Of a stretch of DNA of 64,000 nt, positions 48,805 to 57,704 are shown in pieces. The notes under the pieces were generated by a model, which was not told where the DNA came from, made no database searches, and worked only from the letters and a program-made list of their open reading frames with translations. This DNA comes from Bdellovibrionales bacterium (GTDB lineage Bacteria > Bdellovibrionota > UBA1018), in the NCBI GenBank assembly GCA_018266355.1, contig JAFEAP010000029.1:400909-464908 (forward strand). Reading direction: 5' to 3'. Each line of letters begins with the position of its first letter. Within the stretch, counting starts at the first letter, position 1. The translations under genes and the position numbers were made by a program.

Positions 48805-48846
48805 GAAATCCTTCAGAAGGATTTCAGAGTCAGAAGGATTTCAGAG
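48805..48846. repeat. Palindrome GAAATCCTTC-a-GAAGGATTTC plus direct repeat of cagaaggatttcagag (x2)
   Basis: Seen directly at 48805-48825 (inverted repeat) and 48814-48829 / 48831-48846 (direct repeat). A related inverted repeat TTCTGAA-ag-TTCAGAA lies at 49097-49112. Candidate operator array for a dimeric DNA-binding protein. Confidence 0.5.
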
Positions 48847-48859
48847 ATAGAGCCGTGTT

Positions 48860-48979
48860 TCAGGCGGAGGCGAGTGGGAGATAAAGCCCAATCGATCCGG
48901 AGACGACGCCGCATTCAACAACGGACTCGGTGGTATCTCGTTCGGTACGGATTCCGTTCATTGCGATTTCAAACTGCAT
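48860..48979 (-). CDS. Candidate 39-aa small ORF (MQFEIAMNGIRTERDTTESVVECGVVSGSIGLYLPLASA) with strong SD
   Basis: AAAGGAGG 5 nt upstream of ATG. Lies within the AT-rich 530-nt intergenic region. No homology recognisable. Confidence 0.3.
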   Translation of the reverse strand: MQFEIAMNGIRTERDTTESVVECGVVSGSIGLYLPLASA

Positions 48980-49284
48980 GGTCGCCTCCTTTCGAGGGGA
49001 TTTTTCGATCCGGAAGATCCCGAATCAATAATCTTAAGATAAAGGTCTTTCGAGCGGAACACAAGCAATCGCCCGGAAAAACCGCATGATTTGATTTTCT
49101 GAAAGTTCAGAAGCGGGAATGATCGAGCAATCGCTATTCGGAAACGAGGCGAATCGTTCGGGATGCGTTTGACGCGGGAGGCGGGGTGGGAAAGATCTCC
49201 TAAATCGACCCGCCTCGGTTGCCAAACTCTCCCGGCCTCGCTATCTGAGGGGACACTTCAAATTCACCTCAAAGGGGGGAAACT

Positions 49285-50676
49285 ATGATTTTGAAACTCG
49301 TCCAATTGGGAGTTCTGGGAATCGCGCTGGCGACGATCTCGGCTCCGACCGCGCAAGCGGCGGCTTTCGTCGATCCGATGCTCGCGAACGCGTCCGGAAA
49401 GACCACCGTCATCATCACGTTCAAGGACCGCACGCGCCTGCCGGATACCCGCCGCTCGCTCGTCTCCTACTCGTCGCTGCGTCGTGCGCTCGAAGCGAAC
49501 GCGCGCGCGAGCCAACAAGACGTCGTGAAGATGCTGAACTCCGAACGCCGCATTTCCGGCAACGTCCGCTTCACGCCGTTCTGGATCGTGAACGCGATGG
49601 TCGCCCAACTCCCGGCCGAGCAGATCTCGAAGCTCCGGAATCACCCGGACGTTCGCGCGATCTACGCGAACCGCGAAGTCCACCTCATCGAAGATTACCG
49701 CGGCCACGCGCGCGAGCGCCTCGGTGACCCGTTCACCTACGGTCTCTCGATCATGAACATCCCGGAACTTCGCAAGGAAGTTCCGAAGGCGGACGGCCAA
49801 GGCGTGGTCGTCGGCATCATCGATACCGGCGTCGACGCCTCCCACCCGGACCTGAAGGGGAAGGTCATCGGTTTCCGCGACTTCGCGGGCAACCGGAAAG
49901 AGCCTTACGACGATCACGGCCACGGCACGCACGTGTCGGGCACGATCGCCGGCGGAAACGCTTCGGGCACCGCCATCGGCGTCGCTCCGAACGCGAAGAT
50001 CATCATGGCGAAGGCGTTCTCGGCGAGCGGCGGATCGAGCACCGCGACCCTCCTCTCCGCGATGCAGTGGATCGCCGATCCGGACGGAAATCCGGCGACG
50101 AAGGACCAGCCGATGCTCGTCAGCAACTCCTGGGGCGGTGGACCGCCGTCTCCGTCGACCGATCCGGCCGACGAGATGTTCTGCCAAGCCGTTTCCTCGT
50201 GGTTGAAGCTCGGGATCTTCCCGGTTTTCGCCGCGGGTAACTCCGGCCCTCGCGCCGGTTCGGTCGGCAGCCCGGGCGCTTGCCCGCAATCCTACGCCAT
50301 CGGCGCGACGGACGCGAACGACACGGTCGCTTCGTTCAGCTCGCGCGGACCGGTGGTTTGGAAGACCGGCACGCTCCAAAAGCCGAACGTTTCGGCTCCC
50401 GGAGTGAACGTCCTCTCGGCCGCTCCCGGCGGGAAGTACCAGACGATGTCCGGTACCTCGATGGCGACTCCGCACGTCGCGGGTCTCCTGACCCTGATCT
50501 ATCAGGTGATGCCGAACATCTCGATCGACGACGCCGCGAAGCTCGTGGCGAAGACGACGAAGGACCTCGGACCGACGGGCTCGGACCCGGATTACGGCGC
50601 CGGCCGCGTCGACGCGCTCTCGGCGGTGAAGGCGGCCCAGACCTTCCGCGCCCGGGCGATGCACTCGTCCCGTTAA
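49285..50676 (+). CDS. Secreted subtilisin-like serine protease (S8) with N-terminal I9 inhibitor propeptide
   Basis: Signal peptide, propeptide, catalytic motifs GIIDTGVD, HGTHVSG, GTSMATPHVAG. 463 aa. Confidence 0.85.
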   Translation: MILKLVQLGVLGIALATISAPTAQAAAFVDPMLANASGKTTVIITFKDRTRLPDTRRSLVSYSSLRRALEANARASQQDVVKMLNSERRISGNVRFTPFWIVNAMVAQLPAEQISKLRNHPDVRAIYANREVHLIEDYRGHARERLGDPFTYGLSIMNIPELRKEVPKADGQGVVVGIIDTGVDASHPDLKGKVIGFRDFAGNRKEPYDDHGHGTHVSGTIAGGNASGTAIGVAPNAKIIMAKAFSASGGSSTATLLSAMQWIADPDGNPATKDQPMLVSNSWGGGPPSPSTDPADEMFCQAVSSWLKLGIFPVFAAGNSGPRAGSVGSPGACPQSYAIGATDANDTVASFSSRGPVVWKTGTLQKPNVSAPGVNVLSAAPGGKYQTMSGTSMATPHVAGLLTLIYQVMPNISIDDAAKLVAKTTKDLGPTGSDPDYGAGRVDALSAVKAAQTFRARAMHSSR

Positions 50677-50736
50677 TCGTTACCCGAACGGCCCGGTTCC
50701 CCACTCGGGAGCCGGGCCTTTTTTCTAGGAGTCCCG

Positions 50737-51486
50737 ATGAAACACCGAATCCCGATCGCCGCTCTTTTACTTTCCTCGCTCCCGGCTCTCGCCTTCGCCG
50801 CGTCCCCGCCGATCGAAGAGGTCGATCTCGGATCGTGTTGGGTGCAGGACGGCTCCGCCACCCAGGGCGCTCCTTTCTTCAAGATCGCCTCGTTCTCGAT
50901 CGGAAGCCCGATCACGGCCCAGCTTTACCTCGATCCGGCTCCCGAAGGGGCGACGGTCACGAAAGCGGTGAAGGCGGCTCTCCTGGAGGCCCTGCCCGGG
51001 GCGAAGGGTACCCTCGCTTATTCGCTTGCGATCCACTGTTCGTCGAGCCAAGCCATGCCGCTGATTTCGGCGACCGTCGACGGCGAGAACTTCTGTCTCC
51101 AGGGCCGGCTCACCTCCGGCGACAATCAAATCCAGATCGAGCGCGTCCTGCCGGACCCGCTCCGCCGGCCGAACGAGGTTTGTCGCGGAGTGAACCCGGG
51201 CGTGCTCCTCTTCGGATTGAAGGATAAATCGAAGGCCGCCGCCGCCGAAACCGCGCTCCTTAAGCGTGAAGGCGCGCTGATCGAGAAGATCGAGCGGCTC
51301 GACGCGATCGGCGTCCTGATCCTTCGCCTGAAGAAGTCGGAGTACTACCGTGAAGCAGCCGCGAAAGCGCGGATCGAGAAGGACGCCCGTCTCGCGGCTT
51401 ACCGCGGTTCGCTCGCGTTCGACGCGATCACGCTGACCGTCGGTGCGCCGGTCGAGCTCTGGAAAGACTCGATCTCGATCCGGTGA
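50737..51486 (+). CDS. Secreted hypothetical protein (249 aa)
   Basis: Signal peptide MKHRIPIAALLLSSLPALAFA. Coherent frame. Confidence 0.55.
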   Translation: MKHRIPIAALLLSSLPALAFAASPPIEEVDLGSCWVQDGSATQGAPFFKIASFSIGSPITAQLYLDPAPEGATVTKAVKAALLEALPGAKGTLAYSLAIHCSSSQAMPLISATVDGENFCLQGRLTSGDNQIQIERVLPDPLRRPNEVCRGVNPGVLLFGLKDKSKAAAAETALLKREGALIEKIERLDAIGVLILRLKKSEYYREAAAKARIEKDARLAAYRGSLAFDAITLTVGAPVELWKDSISIR

Positions 51487-51490
51487 TCGC

Positions 51491-52636
51491 TTACGCGCGG
51501 TCGAAGATTTCCTTCGCTAGGATGAGGCGCTGGATCTGCGAGGTTCCTTCGTAGATCTGGTAGATCTTCGCGTCGCGCATGAGCTTCTCGACCGGGTATT
51601 CCTCGGAATAACCGTAGCCGCCGAAGACCTGGACCGCGTCCGTCGCGACCTTCATCGCCATGTCGGCGGCGAAGGCCTTCGCCATCGCGGCGTATTTCGT
51701 GTTCCGGCGGCCGGCGTCGATCTCCGTCGCGGCCTTCCATACGAGGGCGCGCGCGGCTTCGATGTTCATCGCCATCTCGCCGATCATGAAGCTGATCGCC
51801 TGGTAGGTCGCGATCGGTTGGCCGAACGTCTTACGGGTGGTGGAGTAGCTGACCGCTTCGTCCATCGCCCGGCGGGCGAGCCCGACCGCGCCGGCGGCGA
51901 CCGTCGGGCGGGTATGGTCGAACGCGGCCATGGCGGTGCGGAAACCTTCGCCTTCTTTACCGACGCGGTATCGCTCGGGGATCCGAACGCCCTCGAACGT
52001 GATCCCGCGCGTATCGCTCGCGCGCTGGCCCATGTTCCATTCCTTCTTTCCGACGGTGATGCCCTTCGTATCGGCCGGGACGAGGAAGCCCGACATGCCC
52101 TTATGCTTCGCCGACGGGTCCGTATAAGCGAGGACGAAGTACCAGGACGCGACCGAGGCGTTCGTGATCCACATCTTCGATCCGTCGATGACGTAATCCG
52201 AGCCGTCTTTTTTCGCCATCGTGCGGATGCCGGAGACGTCGGAGCCCGCGCCCGGTTCGGTCACGCAGTAGGCGGCGAACTTCGGGGCTTCGGTGAGCTG
52301 GCCGAGGAATTCTTTCTTCTGCTCGTCGTTCCCGGCGACGATGACCGGGGCGGAGGCGAGGGAGTTCGCTTCGAGGGCGGTGCAGATACCGGTACATCCG
52401 TAGGCGAGCTCTTCCGTGATCAGGCAGCCGTCGAGCGTCCCGAGGCCGAGTCCGCCGTATTCGGCCGGAACGTGGGTGTTCACGAGACCGAGCTCCCAGG
52501 CCTTCTCGGCGATCTCGCGGGGAAATTTCCCTTCCTTATCGTGGGCGGCGGCCTTCGGGATGATCTCGTCCTTGGCGAACTTGCGGGCGAGTTCTTGGAG
52601 CTGCTTTTGGTCGTCGGAAGGGGTAAAGTCGATCAT
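51491..52636 (-). CDS. Acyl-CoA dehydrogenase (short/branched-chain type)
   Basis: 381 aa. FAD/substrate motifs ([11 protein letters not shown], catalytic Glu region [16 protein letters not shown]). Confidence 0.85.
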   Translation of the reverse strand: MIDFTPSDDQKQLQELARKFAKDEIIPKAAAHDKEGKFPREIAEKAWELGLVNTHVPAEYGGLGLGTLDGCLITEELAYGCTGICTALEANSLASAPVIVAGNDEQKKEFLGQLTEAPKFAAYCVTEPGAGSDVSGIRTMAKKDGSDYVIDGSKMWITNASVASWYFVLAYTDPSAKHKGMSGFLVPADTKGITVGKKEWNMGQRASDTRGITFEGVRIPERYRVGKEGEGFRTAMAAFDHTRPTVAAGAVGLARRAMDEAVSYSTTRKTFGQPIATYQAISFMIGEMAMNIEAARALVWKAATEIDAGRRNTKYAAMAKAFAADMAMKVATDAVQVFGGYGYSEEYPVEKLMRDAKIYQIYEGTSQIQRLILAKEIFDRA

Positions 52637-52660
52637 ATCTAGAGTTTAGAGGAGCTTGGC

Positions 52661-54046
52661 TTGAATCGCACGAAAACCCGCCGCATCCGGGCGAAGAAGA
52701 AGGTCCAAGCGATCAAACGGGAACGCGTCGAGCGCGACCGGGACGATCGGGAGAAATCCGCGCGCGCGGTCGCCCGCCAAACCGCTGTCGATCCGTTCGG
52801 CCGCTTCTGGCGCGATTGGGTCGAGTCGCGCCGGCACCTCGATGCGCTCCTTGCGGATCTTCCGCGGAACAAGAAGACGGCCTGGGCGCCGCGGATCCAA
52901 GCCTTTCTTCGGATCCCGACCTCGCTCGCGGCCGAAGTCGGCATCGGCGTCGCGCCGGGCGAGCCGTGGAAACTCTCGAAAGAAGCGCTCCTGAACTGGA
53001 CGACCGCCGGCCAGGTCTTCCGCGCGCTCGAAGCGAACCCGCAGGTCGCGCGAAACCTCGCGCTCGATACGACGGTCGATCCCGAAATTGTCGCAGGTAG
53101 CCAGATCGTCGGGGGTCGCGAGGACTTCCCGCCCGAGATGATCGAGGCTTGGGAAAAGGATTGGGGTTCGAAAGCGACCGACCGTCTCGCCGAAGCGCTC
53201 TCCCGGCAGCCCGGGGTCGCGCTGCGCGTGCGATTGAAGGAAAGCCGGGAAGCGATCCGGAAAGAACTCGAAGCGCGGAAGGACTCGTTCTCGAAGCTTT
53301 CTCCGGTCGGCATTCGCTTCGAGGGTTACAAGGCCGTGATGGCCGCACCGTCGTTCGAGCGGGGCGCGTTCGAGATCCAAGACGAGGGCTCGCAGCTCCT
53401 CGCGCTCGCCGTCCTCGCGCCCGAGCTCGTGATTCCGATGCTCGCGAAAGAGCCCGGGGAAGAGACGCCGGATTTCGCGGGCGAGCTGCCCGCGAAGGGT
53501 TTCCCGCCGATGACCGTGATCGACGCATGCGCGGGAGCGGGGGGGAAAACCCTCGCGCTCGCCGACCTGATGGGCGGCCGCGGCCGCGTTTTCGCGTACG
53601 ACATCTTTTCCTCGAAGATCGCGGCGCTGAAGCGCCGGATCGGGAAGGCCCAGATGACGAACGCGAAGGCGATCCAGCTCGTTCCGGGCGAGGAGTCCGA
53701 GCAGTTGAAGGATTTCGCGGGGAAGGCGGACGCCGTGCTCGTGGATGCGCCTTGCTCGGGATGGGGCGTGCTTCGCCGCAACCCGGACGCGAAGTGGAAG
53801 GAAAATTTTGCCGAGATCGCGAAGCTGCCCGAGTTGCAGTCGAGGCTCCTCGATCTCTATTCGGGACTCGTCCGCCCCGGCGGACGCCTCGTTTACTCGC
53901 TCTGCACCTTCCGGAAGGAAGAATCCGAGGGAGTGGTGAAGCGGTTCCAAGCCGCGCATCCCGAATTCAAGCCGGTCGGAGGCGGCTATCTCGGCCCGGC
54001 CCAGACCGACGGGTTCTTCCTCCAGATCTGGGAGAAGCGCGCGTGA
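52661..54046 (+). CDS. rsmB: 16S rRNA (cytosine-C5)-methyltransferase, RsmB/Sun family
   Basis: TTG start with GGAG SD. SAM motifs DACAGAGGKT. Catalytic Cys motifs DAPCSGWG and LVYSLCTF. Confidence 0.7.
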   Translation: MNRTKTRRIRAKKKVQAIKRERVERDRDDREKSARAVARQTAVDPFGRFWRDWVESRRHLDALLADLPRNKKTAWAPRIQAFLRIPTSLAAEVGIGVAPGEPWKLSKEALLNWTTAGQVFRALEANPQVARNLALDTTVDPEIVAGSQIVGGREDFPPEMIEAWEKDWGSKATDRLAEALSRQPGVALRVRLKESREAIRKELEARKDSFSKLSPVGIRFEGYKAVMAAPSFERGAFEIQDEGSQLLALAVLAPELVIPMLAKEPGEETPDFAGELPAKGFPPMTVIDACAGAGGKTLALADLMGGRGRVFAYDIFSSKIAALKRRIGKAQMTNAKAIQLVPGEESEQLKDFAGKADAVLVDAPCSGWGVLRRNPDAKWKENFAEIAKLPELQSRLLDLYSGLVRPGGRLVYSLCTFRKEESEGVVKRFQAAHPEFKPVGGGYLGPAQTDGFFLQIWEKRA

Positions 54047-55089
54047 CCGGTCCGTCGGACCTCGGGTTCTGGGGTTTCGTGCGAGGGCTCGTTTTCCTCT
54101 TCGACGCCGAGAGCGTGCACCACTTTTTCGCGAAAAAACTCCGATTCCTCGGCTCGAACGCCTTCGGGCGGTGGTGTCTGCGCCGGATTTCGGGGACGAA
54201 CCTCGCGAAAGCGCGGCACCCCGTGAATATCGGCACGCTCACGTTCCGGAACCCGATCGGACTCGCCGCCGGCTTCGATAAGGAAGGCACGATGATCCTC
54301 GCGCTGCCTCACCTCGGGTTCGGTTACGTCGAGGTCGGCACGGTCACGCCCCGTCCGCAGCCCGGAAACGCGAAACCGCGGCTCTTTCGCGACGCCGATC
54401 GCTTCTCGCTCTTCAATCGGATGGGATTCAACAGCCCCGGAGCCGAAGAAGTGGCGAAAAACGTCACGCAGGCGCGTGCGAGCGGATGTCTGCCGGAGGA
54501 TTTTCGCATCGGGATCAATCTCGGGAAGAATAAAACCACCTCAGCGGAGGATGCGCCCGCCGATTACGGGCTTGCGGTGCGTCCGTTCGACGGTCTCGCG
54601 GACTATTTGGTGGTGAACGTGAGTTCGCCGAACACGCCGGGACTTCGCGAGCTTCAAACGGTCGAATCCATTACGAAAATCGTCGGCGCGATTCGCGCGG
54701 AGATGACGAATTGGAAGGCGAAGCCGCCGATCTACTTGAAACTCGCGCCCGAAGTGCGCGGAGAAACGCTCGAACACATCCTCGCCGCGGAAAAGAATCT
54801 CGGAATCGACGGGTGGGTCCTCACGAACACGCTCGGGGGATATTGGAAGGGCGGGAAGGGCGGTTGGAGCGGCGGAGCGTTAGGAACGCTCGGAAGAGAC
54901 TGCCTCGAGCGCGTGCGCGGTCGCAGTCGCCTGCCAATCCTCTCCGTCGGCGGCATCCTCGAGCGACGCGAAGTCGAGACTCGACTCGCGCGAGGAGCGA
55001 ACCTCGTCCAAGTCTACACGGGGTGGATCTACTTCGGTCCGCGCTGGATCGCGCATTTGCTGAAAGCGTTCACGGGCGAAAAGACCTGA
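54043..55089 (+). CDS. pyrD: Dihydroorotate dehydrogenase (quinone), class 2
   Basis: GTG overlaps the rsmB stop (GTGA). N-terminal membrane-association helix. FMN/orotate motifs (GFDKEG, NVSSPNTPGLR, active-site Ser class-2 type). Confidence 0.8.
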   Translation: MTGPSDLGFWGFVRGLVFLFDAESVHHFFAKKLRFLGSNAFGRWCLRRISGTNLAKARHPVNIGTLTFRNPIGLAAGFDKEGTMILALPHLGFGYVEVGTVTPRPQPGNAKPRLFRDADRFSLFNRMGFNSPGAEEVAKNVTQARASGCLPEDFRIGINLGKNKTTSAEDAPADYGLAVRPFDGLADYLVVNVSSPNTPGLRELQTVESITKIVGAIRAEMTNWKAKPPIYLKLAPEVRGETLEHILAAEKNLGIDGWVLTNTLGGYWKGGKGGWSGGALGTLGRDCLERVRGRSRLPILSVGGILERREVETRLARGANLVQVYTGWIYFGPRWIAHLLKAFTGEKT

Positions 55090-55167
55090 GCATCGGTCGT
55101 CGTGAACTTTTAGAAATCCGCTTTTTTGCGGGGGTTTTCAGGCGTTTTCGAACCCCTGAAAAAGGAT

Positions 55168-55198
55168 GGGCCCCGATCCGTTTCCGGAGTCGGGGCCC
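55168..55198. terminator. Bidirectional intrinsic terminator
   Basis: Perfect 9-bp GC-rich stem GGGCCCCGA…TCGGGGCCC. aaaaagga lies on one side and tatcttta on the other, giving U-tracts on both transcripts. It terminates pyrD (+) and the K-rich micro-gene (-). Confidence 0.65.
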
Positions 55199-55226
55199 TA
55201 TCTTTACTCGTTAAGAGTAAGAAGAA

Positions 55227-55298
55227 TTACTTCTTCTTTTTCTTAGCGGTCTTCTTCTTGGCCACTTTCTTCTTCGCGGCTTTCTTCTTCGTTGCCAT
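55227..55298 (-). CDS. 23-aa poly-lysine micro-protein MATKKKAAKKKVAKKKTAKKKKK
   Basis: ATG with GGAGGAA SD 6 nt upstream. 5'-UTR hairpin (GACATCGC…GCGATGTC). A sigma-70-like promoter lies upstream and the bidirectional terminator downstream. The antisense ORF 55126..55452 is implausible (poly-Phe). Confidence 0.5.
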   Translation of the reverse strand: MATKKKAAKKKVAKKKTAKKKKK

Positions 55299-55350
55299 CG
55301 CTATTTCCTCCGTTAAGACATCGCACCAAAGCGATGTCGTTATGGTTTTA

Positions 55351-55378
55351 ATGTTACCGCGATCTTTCTTGAGTGCAA
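55351..55378 (-). promoter_or_regulatory. Sigma-70-like promoter (TTGCAC-16 nt-TAACAT) for the K-rich micro-gene
   Basis: Read on the minus strand. About 55 nt upstream of the ATG. Positions approximate. Confidence 0.35.
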
Positions 55379-55448
55379 GCGTCGAAATCAAAAAAAATCA
55401 CTTTTTCTATTTTTTTTCTTGCCACCACTTTCGTGCGAAAAAGATCAC

Positions 55449-57683
55449 GTGAACGACGTCCGCGAGATCCCACCGCTCGATCCGAAAGAGAGTTTGAAGC
55501 GAAAACGCGAGCGAATCGCGATTCTCTCGCTGCTCTTCCTCTTCCTCACGCTGATGGTACTCGAGTTCCGGATCAGCCGGGTGTCGAGCACGCTCCCGTT
55601 CGTGAACTCGATCTTCTTCTTCGGGCTCGTGAACCTGAACATCATCATCCTCATCCTGCTCCTCTGGCTCGTGCTCCGGAACGTCGGGAAGCTCTTCATC
55701 GAGCGCCGCCGGAACGTCCTCGGCTCGCGCTTGAAGACGAAGCTCGTCGTTTCCTTCCTCTCGTTCTCGATCATTCCGACCCTCGTTCTCTTCGTGATTT
55801 CGGCCCTCTACATCAACACCACGTTCGACAAGTGGTTCTCGATCAAGATCCAAAACACCCTCGAAACCGCGCTCGAGATCACCCGCATCTACTACCGCGG
55901 CGCCGATCAGACGACTTCGCATTTCTCCGCTCACATCGCGAAGGGAACCGCTCAGCAACTCGCCAGCGGACGCATTAATAAAGAGAAGCTCCAAAAATAC
56001 CTCGAATCCCAGCGCGAGCTCCTCGCGCTCGACGTCGTGGAATATTATTCCGGCCCGCTCGAGGAGCGAGTGATGGCGGTGCGGGACTCCGACGAGTGGG
56101 AGCTACCGGCGCCCCGGGTCTCGCTCGACCTCCTCGACGGCGCTTTCGCGGGCTCCCCGGGCAGCGTGATCCATCACGCGGGCAACGGAGACTGGGTCCG
56201 GGCGCTCTCGCCGGTGCGTCTACCGGGCTCGGACACCGTTTTAGGCGTCGTCGTGGTCAGCCGCTACGTCCCGGTCACCCTCGTGAACAAGGTCGACGAG
56301 GTTTCGAGCGTCATCCAGGACTATAAGGACATCAACCCGCTGAAGTACCCGGTGAAGACCGCCTACTTCCTGATCCTGATCCTCATCACCCTCGTGATCA
56401 TCTTCGTCGCGATCTGGATCGGCCTCTACATGGCCCGCGAACTCACCGTCCCCGTCGAGCGCCTCGTGAAGGGCGCCCAGATGGTCGGCGCCGGGAATCT
56501 CGACACCGTGATCCAGTCCTCCGGCCACGACGAAATCGCGACCCTCGTCGAGTCCTTCAACCGCATGACCGCCGATTTGAAGGAGAACCGCGAGCGCCTG
56601 ACCGAGGCGACGCGCGACCAGGAGCGCCGGAAAATCCAACTCGAAGCCATCCTCGCGAACGTCGGCACGGGCGTGATCTCGCTCGATCAGGACGGCCGGA
56701 TCACGACGTTCAACCGCGCCGTTTCGCAGCTCCTCGAGATTTCCCCCGACCGCGCGATCGGTCGCCCCTACGCCGAAGCGCTCGTCGGCGAAGTTTCCGC
56801 CCTGAACAGCGTCTTCGAGAAGGCGATGAGCTCCTCGGCGCCTCTCCGGAGTCCGGAGGTCATGCAGGTCAATCTCAAGATCGGAGGCACGACGAAGTCG
56901 GTCGCCGCCATCGCGACCTCGCTTCCGACGGGCGCCGTCGTCGTCATCGACGATATGACCTCCCTCGTGAAGGGCCAGCGCGAGATGGCCTGGCGGGAAG
57001 TCGCCCGCCGGATCGCCCACGAGATCAAGAACCCTCTCACGCCGATCAAACTCTCCGCCCAGCGGATGCAGCGAAAACTCGGCGACCTCACCGGAAAGGA
57101 AGGCCAGCTCGTGCGGGAGTGTACCGAGACGATCATCCAGCACACCGACGAGCTGAAGCAGATGGTGAACGAATTTTCCGACTTCGCACGGATGCCGGAA
57201 GTCACCCTCGTGGCCGATTCGCTCGACGACATGATTCGCGAGACGCTTTCGCTCTACGAACAAGCCCACGCCGACGTGCGATTCGTTTATCGCCCGGACT
57301 CGGAACTGCCCCGTTTCGAATTCGACCGCGACCAGCTGAAACGGGTGTTCATCAATCTTTTCGACAACGCCGTCGCGGCGCTGCGCGAGAAGAAAGGCGA
57401 GAAGCGCATCGAGATCACGACGAATTACCACGCTTCGCTGAAGATCGCCGTGCTCGACTTCCGAGATAACGGCGCCGGGATGCCCGAAGACGTGAAATCG
57501 CGCGTATTCGAACCTTATTTCTCGACGAAAAGCGACGGAACGGGCCTCGGCCTCGCTATTGCCAAACGCATCGTGGCCGACCATCATGGATTCATCCGGG
57601 TCCAGTCCTCGGCCGGCGAGGGCACCCAGTTCACCATCGAGCTTCCGACCGAGCTGCCCACGATGGCGAAGCCGAAGGTTTAA
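55449..57683 (+). CDS. ntrY: NtrY-like sensor histidine kinase (TM region, HAMP, PAS, HisKA, HATPase_c)
   Basis: H-box RIAHEIKNPLTPI. N, G1, G2 boxes (DNGAGMP, GTGLGLA). Start uncertain: GTG 55449 is preferred because a T-rich tract abuts the TTG at 55419, with TTG 55485 also possible. Confidence 0.75.
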   Translation: MNDVREIPPLDPKESLKRKRERIAILSLLFLFLTLMVLEFRISRVSSTLPFVNSIFFFGLVNLNIIILILLLWLVLRNVGKLFIERRRNVLGSRLKTKLVVSFLSFSIIPTLVLFVISALYINTTFDKWFSIKIQNTLETALEITRIYYRGADQTTSHFSAHIAKGTAQQLASGRINKEKLQKYLESQRELLALDVVEYYSGPLEERVMAVRDSDEWELPAPRVSLDLLDGAFAGSPGSVIHHAGNGDWVRALSPVRLPGSDTVLGVVVVSRYVPVTLVNKVDEVSSVIQDYKDINPLKYPVKTAYFLILILITLVIIFVAIWIGLYMARELTVPVERLVKGAQMVGAGNLDTVIQSSGHDEIATLVESFNRMTADLKENRERLTEATRDQERRKIQLEAILANVGTGVISLDQDGRITTFNRAVSQLLEISPDRAIGRPYAEALVGEVSALNSVFEKAMSSSAPLRSPEVMQVNLKIGGTTKSVAAIATSLPTGAVVVIDDMTSLVKGQREMAWREVARRIAHEIKNPLTPIKLSAQRMQRKLGDLTGKEGQLVRECTETIIQHTDELKQMVNEFSDFARMPEVTLVADSLDDMIRETLSLYEQAHADVRFVYRPDSELPRFEFDRDQLKRVFINLFDNAVAALREKKGEKRIEITTNYHASLKIAVLDFRDNGAGMPEDVKSRVFEPYFSTKSDGTGLGLAIAKRIVADHHGFIRVQSSAGEGTQFTIELPTELPTMAKPKV

Positions 57684-57704
57684 GCGGAGTTCGGAGCCGA
57701 ACCC

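Noticed and set aside
49264-50664. 466-aa minus ORF
   Set aside because: Antisense of the S8/I9 protease, which has a perfect catalytic triad.
52646-53959. 437-aa minus ORF and 52713..53528(-)
   Set aside because: Antisense of rsmB.
55126-55452. 108-aa plus ORF rich in Phe
   Set aside because: Mirror image of the poly-Lys micro-gene (AAG/AAA read as CTT/TTT). No SD.
56241-57587. 448-aa minus ORF
   Set aside because: Antisense of the NtrY-like kinase.
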